Below the pieces are notes generated by a model, which was not told the DNA's origin, did not search any database, and worked only from the letters and a program-made list of their open reading frames with translations. Both the position numbers and the translations under genes were made by a program. From Octopus vulgaris (Eukaryota): a stretch of 64,000 nucleotides of DNA. This document shows, in pieces, positions 1 through 12,439 of the stretch (positions are counted from its first letter, which is position 1; each line of letters starts with the position of its first letter). The DNA lies in the NCBI GenBank assembly GCA_951406725.2, contig OX597827.1, forward strand, positions 24,552,001 to 24,616,000, in the 5' to 3' direction.

Positions 1-25
1 AAGCAAAATGGACAGAAATTTTATG

Positions 26-128
<103 letters not shown>

Positions 129-130
129 AG

Positions 131-526
131 ATGATGGACACAGAGTACTACAAAAATTTAATACTCTCCATGCTGGAAAATAATATTTACTATGAGAAGA
201 TAGTACAATACAACCCACAGAAGACACTTAAAAACTTATCCTCCTTACTTCAAACACATGGAAAGGGTCTCACTTAACATGAAATTGACTATTTATGCAA
301 TTTTAAATACAGACCTAGTCTATTCTGTGGATTACCTAAAATACACAAAAATCTACATATTTGTAAATCTTGCAAAGATTCTCCAAGCCTGAGCATTAAT
401 GTTCCTCCCCCTACTAACCTTAAACTGAGAGCCATCATTGCTGGCCCTGCTTGTGAAACCCACTGTTTGAGCAACTTCCTTGGCATCTTACTGTTTCTAA
501 AATATGTGTAAAGCTTCATCAGGGAT
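131..526 (+). pseudogene. Penelope-like element (PLE) reverse transcriptase N-terminal fragment
   Basis: Reading through the stop at 275-277 gives [66 protein letters not shown], matching the PLE RT motifs FYGLPKIHK and LRPII..P....LS..LD.LL; in-frame stops present. Confidence 0.8.
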
Positions 527-727
527 GTGCATTCAAAGCAATGATTAGTAAATTTACGAAACTGGTATGCTTTTGAATCTCTTTAACAATTCACAATAAT
601 GACTTTTATTACTTTTATTCCTACCTCAGTTCATCTAATTGTATATATCTTTCGTTACTTTGCATAAAAAGCCTTTACTTTTTTTGATTTCCAATGAGCA
701 TTTTCACTTATTTTCCTTCTTACTTTC

Positions 728-793
<66 letters not shown>

Positions 794-799
794 TTATTT

Positions 800-980
800 A
801 TTCTTTTACTTGTTTCAGTTATTTGACTGCGGCCATGCTGGAGCACCGCCTTAATCGAGCAAATTGACCCCAGGAATGATTCTTTGTAAGCTAAGTTACA
901 GGGAACGTAAACACACCAACATTGGTTGTCAAGCGATGGTGGTGGTGGTGGGGCAAACAGAGAGAGACACACACACACAC
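800..980 (-). mobile_element. SINE family A, 3' half
   Basis: Reverse complement of the tail AAGGCGGTGCTCCAGCATGGCCGCAGTCAAATAACTGAAACAAG shared by many copies in the window. Confidence 0.8.
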
Positions 981-984
981 AGCT

Positions 985-1640
985 CGGGTGCCAGTCAGGT
1001 GGCACTGGTATCAGCTATGTTTGGATGGTGTTTTTTATGTGCCTCTGGCATGGGTAGCCAGTCAGGCAGCACTGGCATTGATCCATACTTGAATGGTGCT
1101 TATTACATGCCACCAGCACAGGTGCCAGTTGGGTGGAACTGGCATCGATCCACACTTGAATGGTGCTTATTACGTGCCACCAGCACAGGTGCCAGTCAGG
1201 TGGCACTGGCATCGACCACAACTACAATTTCCATTTTGATTTCAATCTTGATTTGATTTTCAATTTGATTTTTGATTTTACTCGATTCTTTGGTTCTTCT
1301 CAAGCGCAGTGTATTGCCCAACAATTAAAGATTATTTTTAAATGGGTTGGTTATGCGATACTGGTATAGGCCACGACTGTGATCTCACTTTACTTGCTGG
1401 GTCATTGGTCACGATCTGATTTCACTTGACTCAACAGATCGTCTCAAGCACAGCATATCGCTTGATGATTCTAGGTTCCTTTTAAATGGGCTGGTTATGT
1501 GACACCGGTATAAGCTACAGCTGTCATCTCACTTTACTTGCCAGGTCTTCTCAGTCACAACATATCTCCAAGGATCTCGGTCACTTGTCATTACCTCTGT
1601 GAGGCCCAACGTTTGAAGGTCATGCTTCACCACTTCATCA
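985..1640 (-). mobile_element. RTE-clade LINE 3' fragment (ORF end plus sub-repeated 3' UTR)
   Basis: Minus strand reads DEVVKHDLQTLGLTE as in the 44008-44955 and 59405-60130 copies; ~60-bp GGTGC(T)nA(C/T)GTGCCAC subrepeats. Confidence 0.7.
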
Positions 1641-1652
1641 CATGTGTGTATC

Positions 1653-1705
<53 letters not shown>

Positions 1706-1708
1706 GTG

Positions 1709-1797
1709 CTGTTGTGTCTGGTGAGAATCATTCTCTTTTGGTGCCTTATAATTTAACACACTCACCAAAAGAGAATGATTCTCCCCAGACACAACAG
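1709..1797. repeat. Near-perfect inverted repeat (35-bp arms, 19-nt loop)
   Basis: CTGTTGTGTCTGGTGAGAATCATTCTCTTTTGGTG pairs with CACCAAAAGAGAATGATTCTCCCCAGACACAACAG with one mismatch. Confidence 0.9.
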
Positions 1798-1865
1798 AAT
1801 ATGCTTCAACACATGAACTCATATAAAGAATCTTGCAAACCAAATCCCAAAACGAAATATATGTG

Positions 1866-1907
<42 letters not shown>

Positions 1908-1918
1908 ATAAAATAAGT

Positions 1919-2295
1919 AATATATAAATATATGCATATATACATACACATACATACATACCAACATATATATGTATATAAACATGCATATATGGGTACA
2001 GGACACATTGAGAAACGAAAAACATACAGACAAAAGCATAGAAAACGAATTTTTTTCGAACAAAAAAACAAACAAACAGAGAACCGAGACATAAAGAACA
2101 TTCCCTTCATCAGCTGTCCCTGTTTCATTTTCCATGTTTTTGTTTCTCATTGTGTCTACTTTTTTTTAATGTCCTGTACCTATATGTGTGTGTATATATA
2201 CATATATATGTACGTATGTACATATATGTATGTATATATGCATATATTTATATATTGTTATATGATCGAATGCCATGCATCCTTTTCCAACTAAG
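1919..2295. mobile_element. Interspersed AT-rich repeat with internal inverted duplication (arms ~1919-2005 and ~2170-2256)
   Basis: TGTCCTGTACC..ATATGCATATATTTATATAT occurs in both orientations; the same family is at ~20710-20855 (-) and ~27470-27805 (+). Confidence 0.6.
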
Positions 2296-2297
2296 TT

Positions 2298-2353
<56 letters not shown>

Positions 2354-2409
2354 ATATATATATATATGTAAATTTCAACTATACATATATTGTGTGTGTG
2401 TGTATGTCA

Positions 2410-2690
2410 TCATCATCATCATCATCGTTTAATGTCCACTTTCCAAGCTAGCATGGGTTGGACAATTTGACAGAAGTCTGACGAACCAGATGGCTGCACC
2501 AGACTCCAATCTGATCTGGCAGTGTTTCTACAGCTGGATGCCCTTCCTAACATGAAACACTCCGAGAGTGTAGTGGGTGCTTTTACGTACCACTGGCATG
2601 AGGGCCAGTCAGGCAGTACTGGCAGCAGCCACACTCAAATGGTGCTTTTTATGTGCCATCTGCACAGGATCCAGTCCAGCGACGGCTGTA
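2410..2690 (-). mobile_element. RTE LINE 3' UTR/tail copy
   Basis: (CAT)n-CGTTTAATGTCC..CTACAGCTGGATGCCCTTCCTAAC; other copies at ~5085-5315(+), 8300-8540(+), 11575-11850(+), 21040-21545(-), 31090-31400(-), 45490-45980(+), 56945-57470(-), 60620-60820(+), 60840-61060(-). Confidence 0.75.
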
Positions 2691-2795
2691 TATGTGTGTG
2701 ATTGTGTGTATATAATACATATGTATGTATATACATGTGTATGTATGTATGTATGTATGTATGTATGTATATATATATATATATATATATGCATG

Positions 2796-2829
<34 letters not shown>

Positions 2830-2832
2830 ATA

Positions 2833-2868
<36 letters not shown>

Positions 2869-3636
2869 GCATATATGTATTTATGTATGCATATATGTAT
2901 GTATTGTATACAACGAAGCAAGGCAAACCACACTTTTAGCGATGTATTGTGTCCTACAGTTGTAAATGTTGTATGTCTGAAAAGTCCTGAATCTAGAATG
3001 CATAGAAACACACGACGGAAGGCACCATTATTATTAAACACTGCAATAAAGATACGCATAATGATCACAATTGTCATCATCATCATCATCATCACCACCA
3101 CCACCACCACCACCACCACCACCACCCTCCTCCTCCTCCTACTTTTCATCCCCCCATCATCATCATGTTACTGATACTGGCCTGCATTGGTTGGGTTACC
3201 AGATCAAGTTCCCTTTTTTTAAGTTAATGTTTTATTTCCAAAATCCTGCGTTGAAATCTGAAACACTGACCCCCACCAAACTTCCAGGGGCTTCCATTCC
3301 CCTCTTTCGTCTCAACTCCATGCATTCACAACTCCAAACATATTGTTGGTTCAGGGAAAGAAAATCGTTGCCCCCCACCTCCCCACATCTCTTTCTCCAT
3401 CTGTCTGTGTGTCTGTTTACCTCTCTCTCTCTCTCTCTCTCTCTCTGTTTCTTTGTTTCTCTTTCTCTGTTTGTCTCTGTTTTCTCTTTCTGACTTTCTG
3501 TTTCTCACTGTTTCTCTCCCTCTCTCTTTTTCTCTGTCTCTTCCTCCTCCTTTTCCGCCTCCTCCTCCTCCCCATCTCTTTCTCTCTCTCTCTGTCACCT
3601 CTTTTATAGAAACTAACACTTGGTGAAACCACAAAA

Positions 3637-3637
<1 letters not shown>

Positions 3638-3677
<40 letters not shown>

Positions 3678-3685
3678 AGATAGAG

Positions 3686-3717
<32 letters not shown>

Positions 3718-3728
3718 ATAGATAGATG

Positions 3729-3799
<71 letters not shown>

Positions 3800-3807
3800 G
3801 GATAGAG

Positions 3808-3870
<63 letters not shown>

Positions 3871-3876
3871 CAGAGG

Positions 3877-3918
<42 letters not shown>

Positions 3919-3973
3919 GATAGATAGATAGATAGATAGATGGATAGAGAGATAGATAGATAGATAGCTAGAT

Positions 3974-4037
<64 letters not shown>

Positions 4038-4172
4038 GGATAGATAGATAGATAGATAGAGATAGAGTAAGAGAGAGAGAGAGAGAGAGATAGAGAGATA
4101 GAGAGAAAGCTAGATGGACAGAGATGGATAGATAGATAGACAGATAGATAGATAGAGAGAGAGAGAGAGATG
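3638..4172. repeat. (GA)n/(GATA)n compound microsatellite
   Basis: Direct inspection. Confidence 0.95.
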
Positions 4173-4875
4173 GACAAACATGCTACAGTTAATCCTCATA
4201 AACTACCACATAAACACTAGCTCAACCCCACCACATACATAACAGGTTCTCTCTTTCTATAACTTTCGGTAATCTTTCGACCTTTGGCATCACATCTGTC
4301 AGTTCCATCATTGAAACTTCTCCACTTAAAACGCTGATATAGAGTTACGGGCATCTCTCATGTCTTAATTGCTCTCTTAATTATGAAGTCGTTATTTATT
4401 TCTCTGCTGGAAGTTGTCGAAGTAACAACAATAATAAACGTTGGTGATTTATAAGCCTGTCAGAGAGTGGGGTGGCAGGGTGGTGATGGTGGTGGCTTGC
4501 AGAGAAATTTCGCTCCTAGGAATAACAGTTAAATTCTTCCCCCTCTCTCTCTCCATATATATATATATATATACATACATACATACATACATATATATAT
4601 ATACACACATATATATACACATATATACATATATATACACATATATATACATACATATATATATATATTTATATATATATATATGTATACACATATATAT
4701 ATACATATATATATATATACATATATATAAACACACACACACACACACACACAGACACACACACATATATATATATATTTATACATATGTATATAACAAA
4801 GTAAAGTTGTAAGATACTGCACAAGTGGAAATATATATGAAAGAAGGTTTGAAAATGAAGTTTTAAATATGTTTA

Positions 4876-4922
4876 TTCACTTGACTGGTTTCACTTTTTT
4901 AGAAAAAGATTGTCACAAGCAA
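4876..4922 (-). ncRNA. Degenerate minimal type I hammerhead ribozyme motif
   Basis: Minus strand: TTGCTT-GTGACAA-TCTTTTTCTAAAAAAGT-GAAAC-CA-GTC-AAGTGA; stems I and II pair; core differs from CUGANGA at two positions. Confidence 0.45.
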
Positions 4923-5619
4923 AATGTAAAGCTTTGTATAAGCTTTGTTGTGTTAAGTACTGGTTGTCACAAAGGTATTAAAATACATATATACATTCTT
5001 TGATAATAATATGTATATATGTGCAACATGAATTCACATAAGGGATCTAGCAAACCAGTTAAAAAAAGGAAACATATATATATATTTGAGCATGGTTGTT
5101 GCCAGTCCTGCCTGATCAGCCTTTGTGCCGGTGGCACATAAAAAGCACCCACTACACTCTCGGAGTGGTTGGCATTAGAAAGGGCATCCAGCTGTGGAAG
5201 CATTGCCAGATCAGATTGGAGCCTGGTGCAGCCTTCTGGCATGCCAGCCCTCAGTCAAACCGTCCAACCCATGCAAGCATGGAAAACGGATGTTAAACGA
5301 CAACGATGATGATGATAGGCACAAAACCTAACATTTTGAAGGAAGGAGTAAGCTGATTGCATCAACCCCAGTATTCATCTGGTACTTATTATTTAATCAA
5401 CCCCAAAAGGATGAAATCAGTACCAGTTGAGCATTGGGGTCTATGCAATCGAGTTACCCGCTTCCCATGTGCCAAAACTGGTGCTGGCAGAATTGTTAGT
5501 AGGTCAGGAAAAGTACCAGTTATGCATTGGGGTCAATGTAATCGATTTAATCCTTTTGTCTGTCCTTGTTTGTCCCTTCTATGTTTAAGCCCTGTGGGCA
5601 ATAAAGAAATAAATATATC

Positions 5620-6266
5620 CATCATGATTACTCATCTGAGAAGAGTACACCAGGCACATGCATCACAAGCATATGTGTGTGACATGGTGATCTCATATCA
5701 AGATAAACAGCACATGACCTTGCAGGTGGGGACCTGGTTAGAATTTTCATCAGGTCAAGTAATCTATCTTGCTCAAAAGATACCTGAATAAGGGTTGTTT
5801 AAGGATGTTGAACATTTTCAGAGGTGAATTATCCAAACCCCAAAGAATTCTTCTCAACACATTCTTCTCCCCAACTACTTCAGCTTGTGACAAGAGATGC
5901 ACATATCGTCAGCCACTAAGGGACATGCTCAACTGGTTAAGGTCAAACAACTGACAAGCAAATCTGTGGTATCGAGCAGAATATTTGCTGTAGCCCATTA
6001 TTATTACTATTATTATTATAAGTATTATTATTATTATTATTGAGTGAGAGAGCAATGCATGCCATCAAAGTGACACTGGGGTAAAATATAGGAAGCCCAG
6101 TATACCCATCATGACAGCCCGGCTGATAAGGGTACACCAGGCACATGCATCACAACCATATGTAAGCGACATGGTGATCTCATATCAAGATAAACAGCAT
6201 ATGACCTTGCAGGTGGGGCCCAGTTAGAATTTTCTTCTGGTCGAGTAACGCATCCCACTCAAAAAG

Positions 6267-6275
<9 letters not shown>
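5620..6275. mobile_element. Two partial copies of an unclassified interspersed repeat separated by (TAT)n
   Basis: GTACACCAGGCACATGCATCACAA..GACATGGTGATCTCATATCAAGATAAACAGC at ~5645 and ~6132. Confidence 0.6.
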
Positions 6276-6356
<81 letters not shown>

Positions 6357-6599
6357 CATTATTATAATTTTATGTTTTGAAGCTAAGACATTAATCTCTG
6401 AAGGAAAATACAGCTTCCATAGTATTAGATGATATAGATCAACCCTTCACTTCCATGATTTTTATACTCATTTCCAGTCTCTCAAAATTTCTTTCTCATA
6501 CTGAATGGATTCAGTCATTTTGGAAGGTCAGAAATTTGTCTGACTGCATGTCTTTGTCAGTGTATGTGTGCGTGTGTGCATACGTGCATGTGTATGTGA

Positions 6600-7250
6600 G
6601 CATCTACTGCATTCCGAGGGTTTATTTATAAAGTGCTTGATGTTGTGGGTCATAAGTTCTCTCAGTGAAAGAACATTTCTGTTGCAGACAGAAGCAGAGG
6701 AATTTTTGTTTGTGTCTTCTTCTTAACACAATTTTACTTTGTATTTTATTGTATTTGTTTATTTTTGTTTGTGTGGTGCCATTCAGGCTCTTGTGCACAT
6801 GAAGTGATTCTTTATTTCAGACTTTTCTCATATTAACATGTTGCTTAATGATGTAATTGCCATGAACAACTCTAGTTGCTCTGCGAAAGTAAAAGAATCT
6901 TGGGCTTTTATTATTCATTTAGTTCTTTATTTATTTTTCCATCTATTTTGCAATAACAACAGACAGTTTGAAATATCTGAGATGTTTGCATGGAATTTTT
7001 GGAGAAAATATGTTCCCGCTTGTTTTATCATTGATGGTATTGAAAGACTTATTAAGATAAGTATAATACATAAAAAAAATGAACTAATGACCATTGCAAC
7101 ATCGAACATAGAATGCTCTCAATAAATAAATGGAGCCATATATTGCCAACTATGCACTGCAGAGAAATACTGCATATAATCAAACCAGTACTTATAAATA
7201 GAGATATTACCCAAATATTGCGAAGGAAACAAATTTTACTTCAAGATCAC
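6600..7250. pseudogene. Highly degenerate PLE (possibly Naiad-like) RT-thumb/GIY-YIG remnant with an internal inversion
   Basis: Minus strand PSMIKQAGTYFLQKF, IIKQH, SLNG; plus strand 7141-7240 YCQLCTAEKYCI..EILPKY..NKFYF resembles the PLE C-terminal C.LC..EK..I...SE...KCRH..KF motif. Confidence 0.35.
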
Positions 7251-7715
7251 GACAGCTAGACATAGACAAATAAGATTAATAAACAGTTTGGAATATGCCA
7301 TCACAGAATATTGAACACTAGTAGAAGAATGTATGTTCGCTTTCGACAAAATTTTCTTTGATATGCCATCTGCTTCTGCAGGTTTTGTTTATCTAGTTCC
7401 AACCTGAAAAGCTTTGTGTTAGCCTGAAGCTATGGTGGAAGATAAGTTGCCAAACAATTGGATCAAAGTAAGGATCTCCTTGCTGCAAAACCTCTTAATG
7501 ATTCAACCATATATTTTATTCGGACACACAGACACACTGACACAGACACATGCATGTGTGTGTATGTAAAAGGTTTATTTTTTTAGTTTCTATCTACTCA
7601 CAAGGAACTGGTTGGCCCACAGTATGTCACTATGACAATGTTCATGCAGTGGTATTTGAACCCCTAATCACTTGGTTCCAAAGTGAGGTTCTTAACCACA
7701 CAACCTGTGCCTATA

Positions 7716-7755
<40 letters not shown>

Positions 7756-7784
7756 TGTGTGTGTGTATATATATATATACAGCC

Positions 7785-7951
7785 AGAGTGGCTGTGTGGT
7801 AAGAAGCTTGTTTCCCAACCACATGGTTCTGGGTTCAGTCCCACTGTGTGGCACCTTGGGCAAGTGTCTTCTACTATAGCCTTGGGCCAACCAAAGCCTT
7901 GTGAGTAGATTTGGTAGATGGAAACTGAAGGAATCCCATCATATATATATA

Positions 7952-8004
<53 letters not shown>

Positions 8005-8220
8005 TTGTGTGTCTGTGTTTGCACCTCCTACTATCGCTTGACAACTAATGTTGGTGTGTTCACGTCCCATGACTTAGCAGTTTAGCAAAACAGACTGATA
8101 GAATAAGTACCAGGCTTACAAAGAATAAGTCCTGGGGTCGATTTGTTCGACTAAAGGCGGTGTTCCTGCATGGCCATAGTCAGATGACTGAAACAAGCAC
8201 AAGAATGAAAGAACAAAAGA
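7785..8220 (+). mobile_element. tRNA-derived SINE family A, full length with internal (TA)n
   Basis: Head GTGGCTGTGTGGTAAG..GGGTTCAGTCCC (A/B-box-like), body, and tail GGCGGTG..GCATGGCC..CAGATGACTGAAAC. Confidence 0.8.
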
Positions 8221-9062
8221 ATATAGTACAAAGTCCCCTCCCTCAATACTATTTGCCCTTGGCTGCGGGGACTTTGTCTTGCCTTGTAAGTTACTCAGTG
8301 ACCCTGCTGGTGCTGGTGCCAGGGAAAACGCACCCAGTACACTCTGCAAAGTGGTTGGCTTTTGGAAGGGCATCCAGTCATAGAAACCATTCCAAAACAG
8401 GCAATAGAGCTTGGCAGAGCCCTCCAGCCCTGCCAGCCCTTGTCAACTTGTCCAACCCATACCAGCATGGAAAATGGACTTTAAATGATGATGACGGTGA
8501 TGGTAATGATTATGATGATGATGATAATGGTGATGATGACATCTATATATGTTAACACTTGTATTCATTCACATACACATTAGCATACATATACACATGC
8601 ATATATCACTCGCACACACATATACCCACATAGGCATTCATATATACATTGACATACACTCAGACACACTATCTCTCAAATGCACACACACACACACACA
8701 CACATGTCTGCAAGCTGTATTTTTGCCATTTCACCATAGATGATGCAGGTGTCTGTGGTGCTTGAGCTACGGCAGATGTCCCACACATGCAACTATGGCA
8801 CCAATTAAAGTAAATACATTCTGTAATACACCCATGTTTGTCCCAGAACTTATATATTTAGTTATAATGAATCATGGATACACCTCCACCCTAATTAATT
8901 TCATAAACTGGTACAGCTGCCTAGTGAGAATTTTGCTTCCCAACTTAACGGTTCCATGTTCAATCCCACTGTGTGACACCTTGGGCAAATGCTTTCTACT
9001 AAAGCCTTGTGGGTGGATTTCATACCTGGAACCTAAAAAGATGTCCCTCATAAATATATATA

Positions 9063-9295
9063 CAGGGTTGGCTAGAAGTCACCTGGTAGTAAATCAAAAC
9101 CATTTAATTCCAAGATTTATTTCTGTTTAACAGCTGAATGTATTTAATAAAAGCAAATAAATGTGAAACATTATGAAAACTGTTCAAACTGAAGTCCTTC
9201 TTGAGCAACACATTTTCCCATTCAAGTCTATTCAGGATTACAGACAGTCTTTATGGAATTTTGATTTACTGTCGGGTGACTTTTGGCCAACCCTG
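9063..9295. mobile_element. Tc1/mariner-type MITE
   Basis: TIRs CAGGGTTGGCTAGAAGTCACCTGGTAGTAAATCAAAA and TTTTGATTTACTGTCGGGTGACTTTTGGCCAACCCTG, flanked by TA. Confidence 0.8.
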
Positions 9296-9334
9296 TATAT
9301 ATATATAGGGAGAGAGAGAGAGAGAGATACATAA

Positions 9335-9395
<61 letters not shown>

Positions 9396-9497
9396 ATATA
9401 TACATAAATACATATATATATATATATGTATATATATATATGTATATGTATATGTATATATATATATATATGTATACATATATATATATATGTATAC

Positions 9498-9569
<72 letters not shown>

Positions 9570-9581
9570 TTATGTATATAT

Positions 9582-9626
<45 letters not shown>

Positions 9627-9731
9627 TTATGTATCTCTCTCTCTCTCTCCCTATATATATATACAGGGTTGGCCAAAAGTCACCCGACAGTAAATCAAAA
9701 TTCCATAAAGACTGTCTGTAATCCTGAATAG
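9228..9731. repeat. ~500-bp palindrome (inverted duplication of the MITE right end plus flanking microsatellite)
   Basis: 9228-9297 is the exact reverse complement of 9662-9731; the GA/TC tract and the interruptions in the TA run are mirrored too. Confidence 0.9.
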
Positions 9732-9760
9732 AGCTTGGCAGGTCTCTCTCTCTATATATA

Positions 9761-11052
9761 TTGGGTTGGCAACTAAGTTTCTTAAAATTTGTTTTAAGAG
9801 TTTTAAAATTTTAAAAGTTTTAAAAAATTTTGGAATCTATTTTCTTTGAGAATTCTATATTTGAATCATTTTGGAATCTATTTTGTTTTTTTACTAGTTA
9901 ATTTTAGTTAATTTTTGTTTATTTTCAGATCATTAAAATGGAATGTCAAGTTAAGAAAAACAAGTGTTTTCGACACCTCCTCCTTTTTGTTTTTAATCAA
10001 GGTTCTAAGGCTGCAAAAGCTGTTCACGACATTTGTGCTGTGTATGGAGAGGTTACCATAGCTGAAAGAAACGCTCGTGATTGGTATGCCAAGTTCAAAA
10101 ATGGAAATTTTGACCTCAATGACGCACCTCGTTCAGGCCGTCCAGATGAGTTTGATGAAGAGCGATTAAACCAACTTTTGCACGAAAATTCTCGTCAAAC
10201 GACAAGGGAACTGGCAGAGAAAATGGAATGTTCCCACACTGCTATAGAGAAGCATCTTCACTCGATGGGAAAGGTTCAGAAGTATGGTGCATGGGTTCCG
10301 CATGCTTTAAGTGACAACAACAAAAATCAACGAGCCACAATCTCCGCTGGTTCGCTTGCTCGTCACCGCTCAACTCATGGACACAAGCAGCGATTTCTTT
10401 GCCGAATCGTTACTGGCGACAAAAAATGGTGCCTGTACATCAATATGAAGCAACGTAAAGAATGGCTTACCCCGTAAACAAGCGATACTACGCGTGAAAC
10501 AAGATCTTCATCCGCGTAAAATGACGTTGTGCGTATGGTAGGACAGGGAAGGGATTATCCATTACGAATTGCTTGAACGAAACCAAACGGTCAACACGGA
10601 ACTCTACGTTCAACAGTGGAACGATTCAACATGGAAGAGAAAAGACCTAATTGGCAGCATGGAGTTCTTCTGCTGCACGACAACGCCCGCCCTCAAATCG
10701 CTAAAATGACCAAGGAAGCCATTCAAGCACATGGTTGGGAAGTGCTGCCACACCCGCCAAACTCTCCTGATTTGGCACCAACGGATTTACACCTCTTTTG
10801 ATCCCTTTCAAATGCTATGCGGTGTTCCGTTCAATACTGATGCAGAATTGAGGGCTCGGTTGGATCAATTTTTCGATTCGAAATCGGGTGATTTCTACAA
10901 ATGAGGTATTGAAAATCTTGTTGAATGTTGGGAAGAAGTTGTAAACAACAAGGGTGAATACATTAATGATTAATTAGTTGTTATTTTTTATTAAACCTTT
11001 TAAAAAATTTAAATTTAAAAAAAAAACGGTGGGAACTTAGTTGCCAACCCAA
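9761..11052 (+). mobile_element. Full-length mariner (DD34D) element, transposase disrupted
   Basis: TIRs TTGGGTTGGCAACTAAGTT and AACTTAGTTGCCAACCCAA with TA flanks; 1.29 kb. Confidence 0.95.
9938..10973 (+). pseudogene. Mariner transposase (resembles the capitata/mellifera groups)
   Basis: Motifs RSGRP, WVPHAL, IVTGDKKW, HDNARP, PNSPDLAPTD, GEYIND*; stops and frameshifts after 10477. Confidence 0.9.
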
Positions 11053-11157
11053 TATATATATATATATGAAATAATTAAGATTCAGTTGGATTAGGTATTT
11101 AAGTTGAAGCACCAAGTGAGTCTGGTATTATCCGCACAAATCAAAGTAGGTGAATAA

Positions 11158-11450
11158 AATCAAAATAAGCAACAGGATATCAAGTAGTAATGCAGTATGA
11201 TCGTTTCAAGTGGTTCCTTTTAATTGAACAATGCAATCAATTACATCAATTTAAATGCATTGCTATCTTCAGATGCACAAAATATAGAATTCTTTTAACA
11301 AGTAGGATACATTAATATATTCTATATTTTTTGCAGCTGAAGATAGCACTGCATTTAAATTGATGAAATGATTGCATTGTTCAATTAAATGGAGTTGCTT
11401 GAATTGGTTGTACTGCATTACTACTTGATATCCTGTTGCTTATTTTGATT
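11158..11450. mobile_element. Inverted-repeat element (arms 11158-11290 and 11319-11450) carrying one hammerhead motif per arm; PLE pLTR-like
   Basis: Arms are diverged reverse complements; consensus TGCAG-CTGAAGA-(~58 nt)-GAAAC-GATC-GTA-CTGCA at 11191-11277(-) and 11332-11417(+); TA-flanked. Confidence 0.65.
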
Positions 11451-12377
11451 ATATATATATATATATGTAAATATGTATGTTTTGTTTTTGTATCTGGTTT
11501 GCTAGATACCTTATGTGAATTCATGTTGCATCTGGGGAAGAGTGTGTAATATTAATGCACTATGAGTCTCTCCCATCATTTGAGCGTGGCCATTGCCAGT
11601 GCCACCTGACTGATTCCTGTGTCAGTGACATATAAAAAGCACCATTTAAATGTGGTCAATGCCAGTACCACCTGGCTAGCCCTCGTGCCGGTGGCACATA
11701 AAAAGCACCCACTACACTCTCAGAGTGGCGAGTGTTAGGAAGGTCATCTGGCTGTAGAAACTTTACCAGATCAGATTGGAGACTGGTGCAGCCTCCTGGC
11801 TCACCAGATCTCTGTCAAACTGCCCAGACATTACACAACAATGATGACGGTGGTATATATATATATTTACGTGCGTGTGTTTGTTTGTGTTTGTTCCCTG
11901 TGACTGCTTGATAGCCAGCTTTGGTGTGTTTATGTCTCTGTAACTTAGCAGTCTGGCAAAAGAAATCAATAAAGTAAGTTCTAGGCTTAAAAAATATATA
12001 ACTAGGGTCACTCCATTCAGCTAAACATTCTTCAAGGTGGTATGCCCCAGTATGGTCGCAGTCTAATGACTGAAACAAGTAAAAGATAAAGGATGGATAA
12101 ATAACAACAATAAAAAGCAAACAACAACAACAGGAACCAAAGAATCTGCTTTGAGAACGAATATGTTGGAGAGAACGATGAGAAGTTTAGTGAATTGTCA
12201 GGAGGACTTATTAAGAATTGCCAATTGAAGAATTAGAAGGGTGTAAAATGGGGTGATGGAATATTAGGGTGGAATTTAAACCAGTAGAATGGGAGTACAG
12301 TCGCTAATGAAAGATTATATGGGTGTGTTTGTGTATTTATGTATGTGTTGTGTGAGTTATGTCCCCCTCCCCCTCGC

Positions 12378-12429
<52 letters not shown>

Positions 12430-12439
12430 CATGTATATA

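Noticed and set aside
985-1230. Regularly spaced ~60-bp repeats resembling a CRISPR array
   Set aside because: Eukaryotic context, the spacers are homologous to each other, and the region is part of the RTE 3' UTR.
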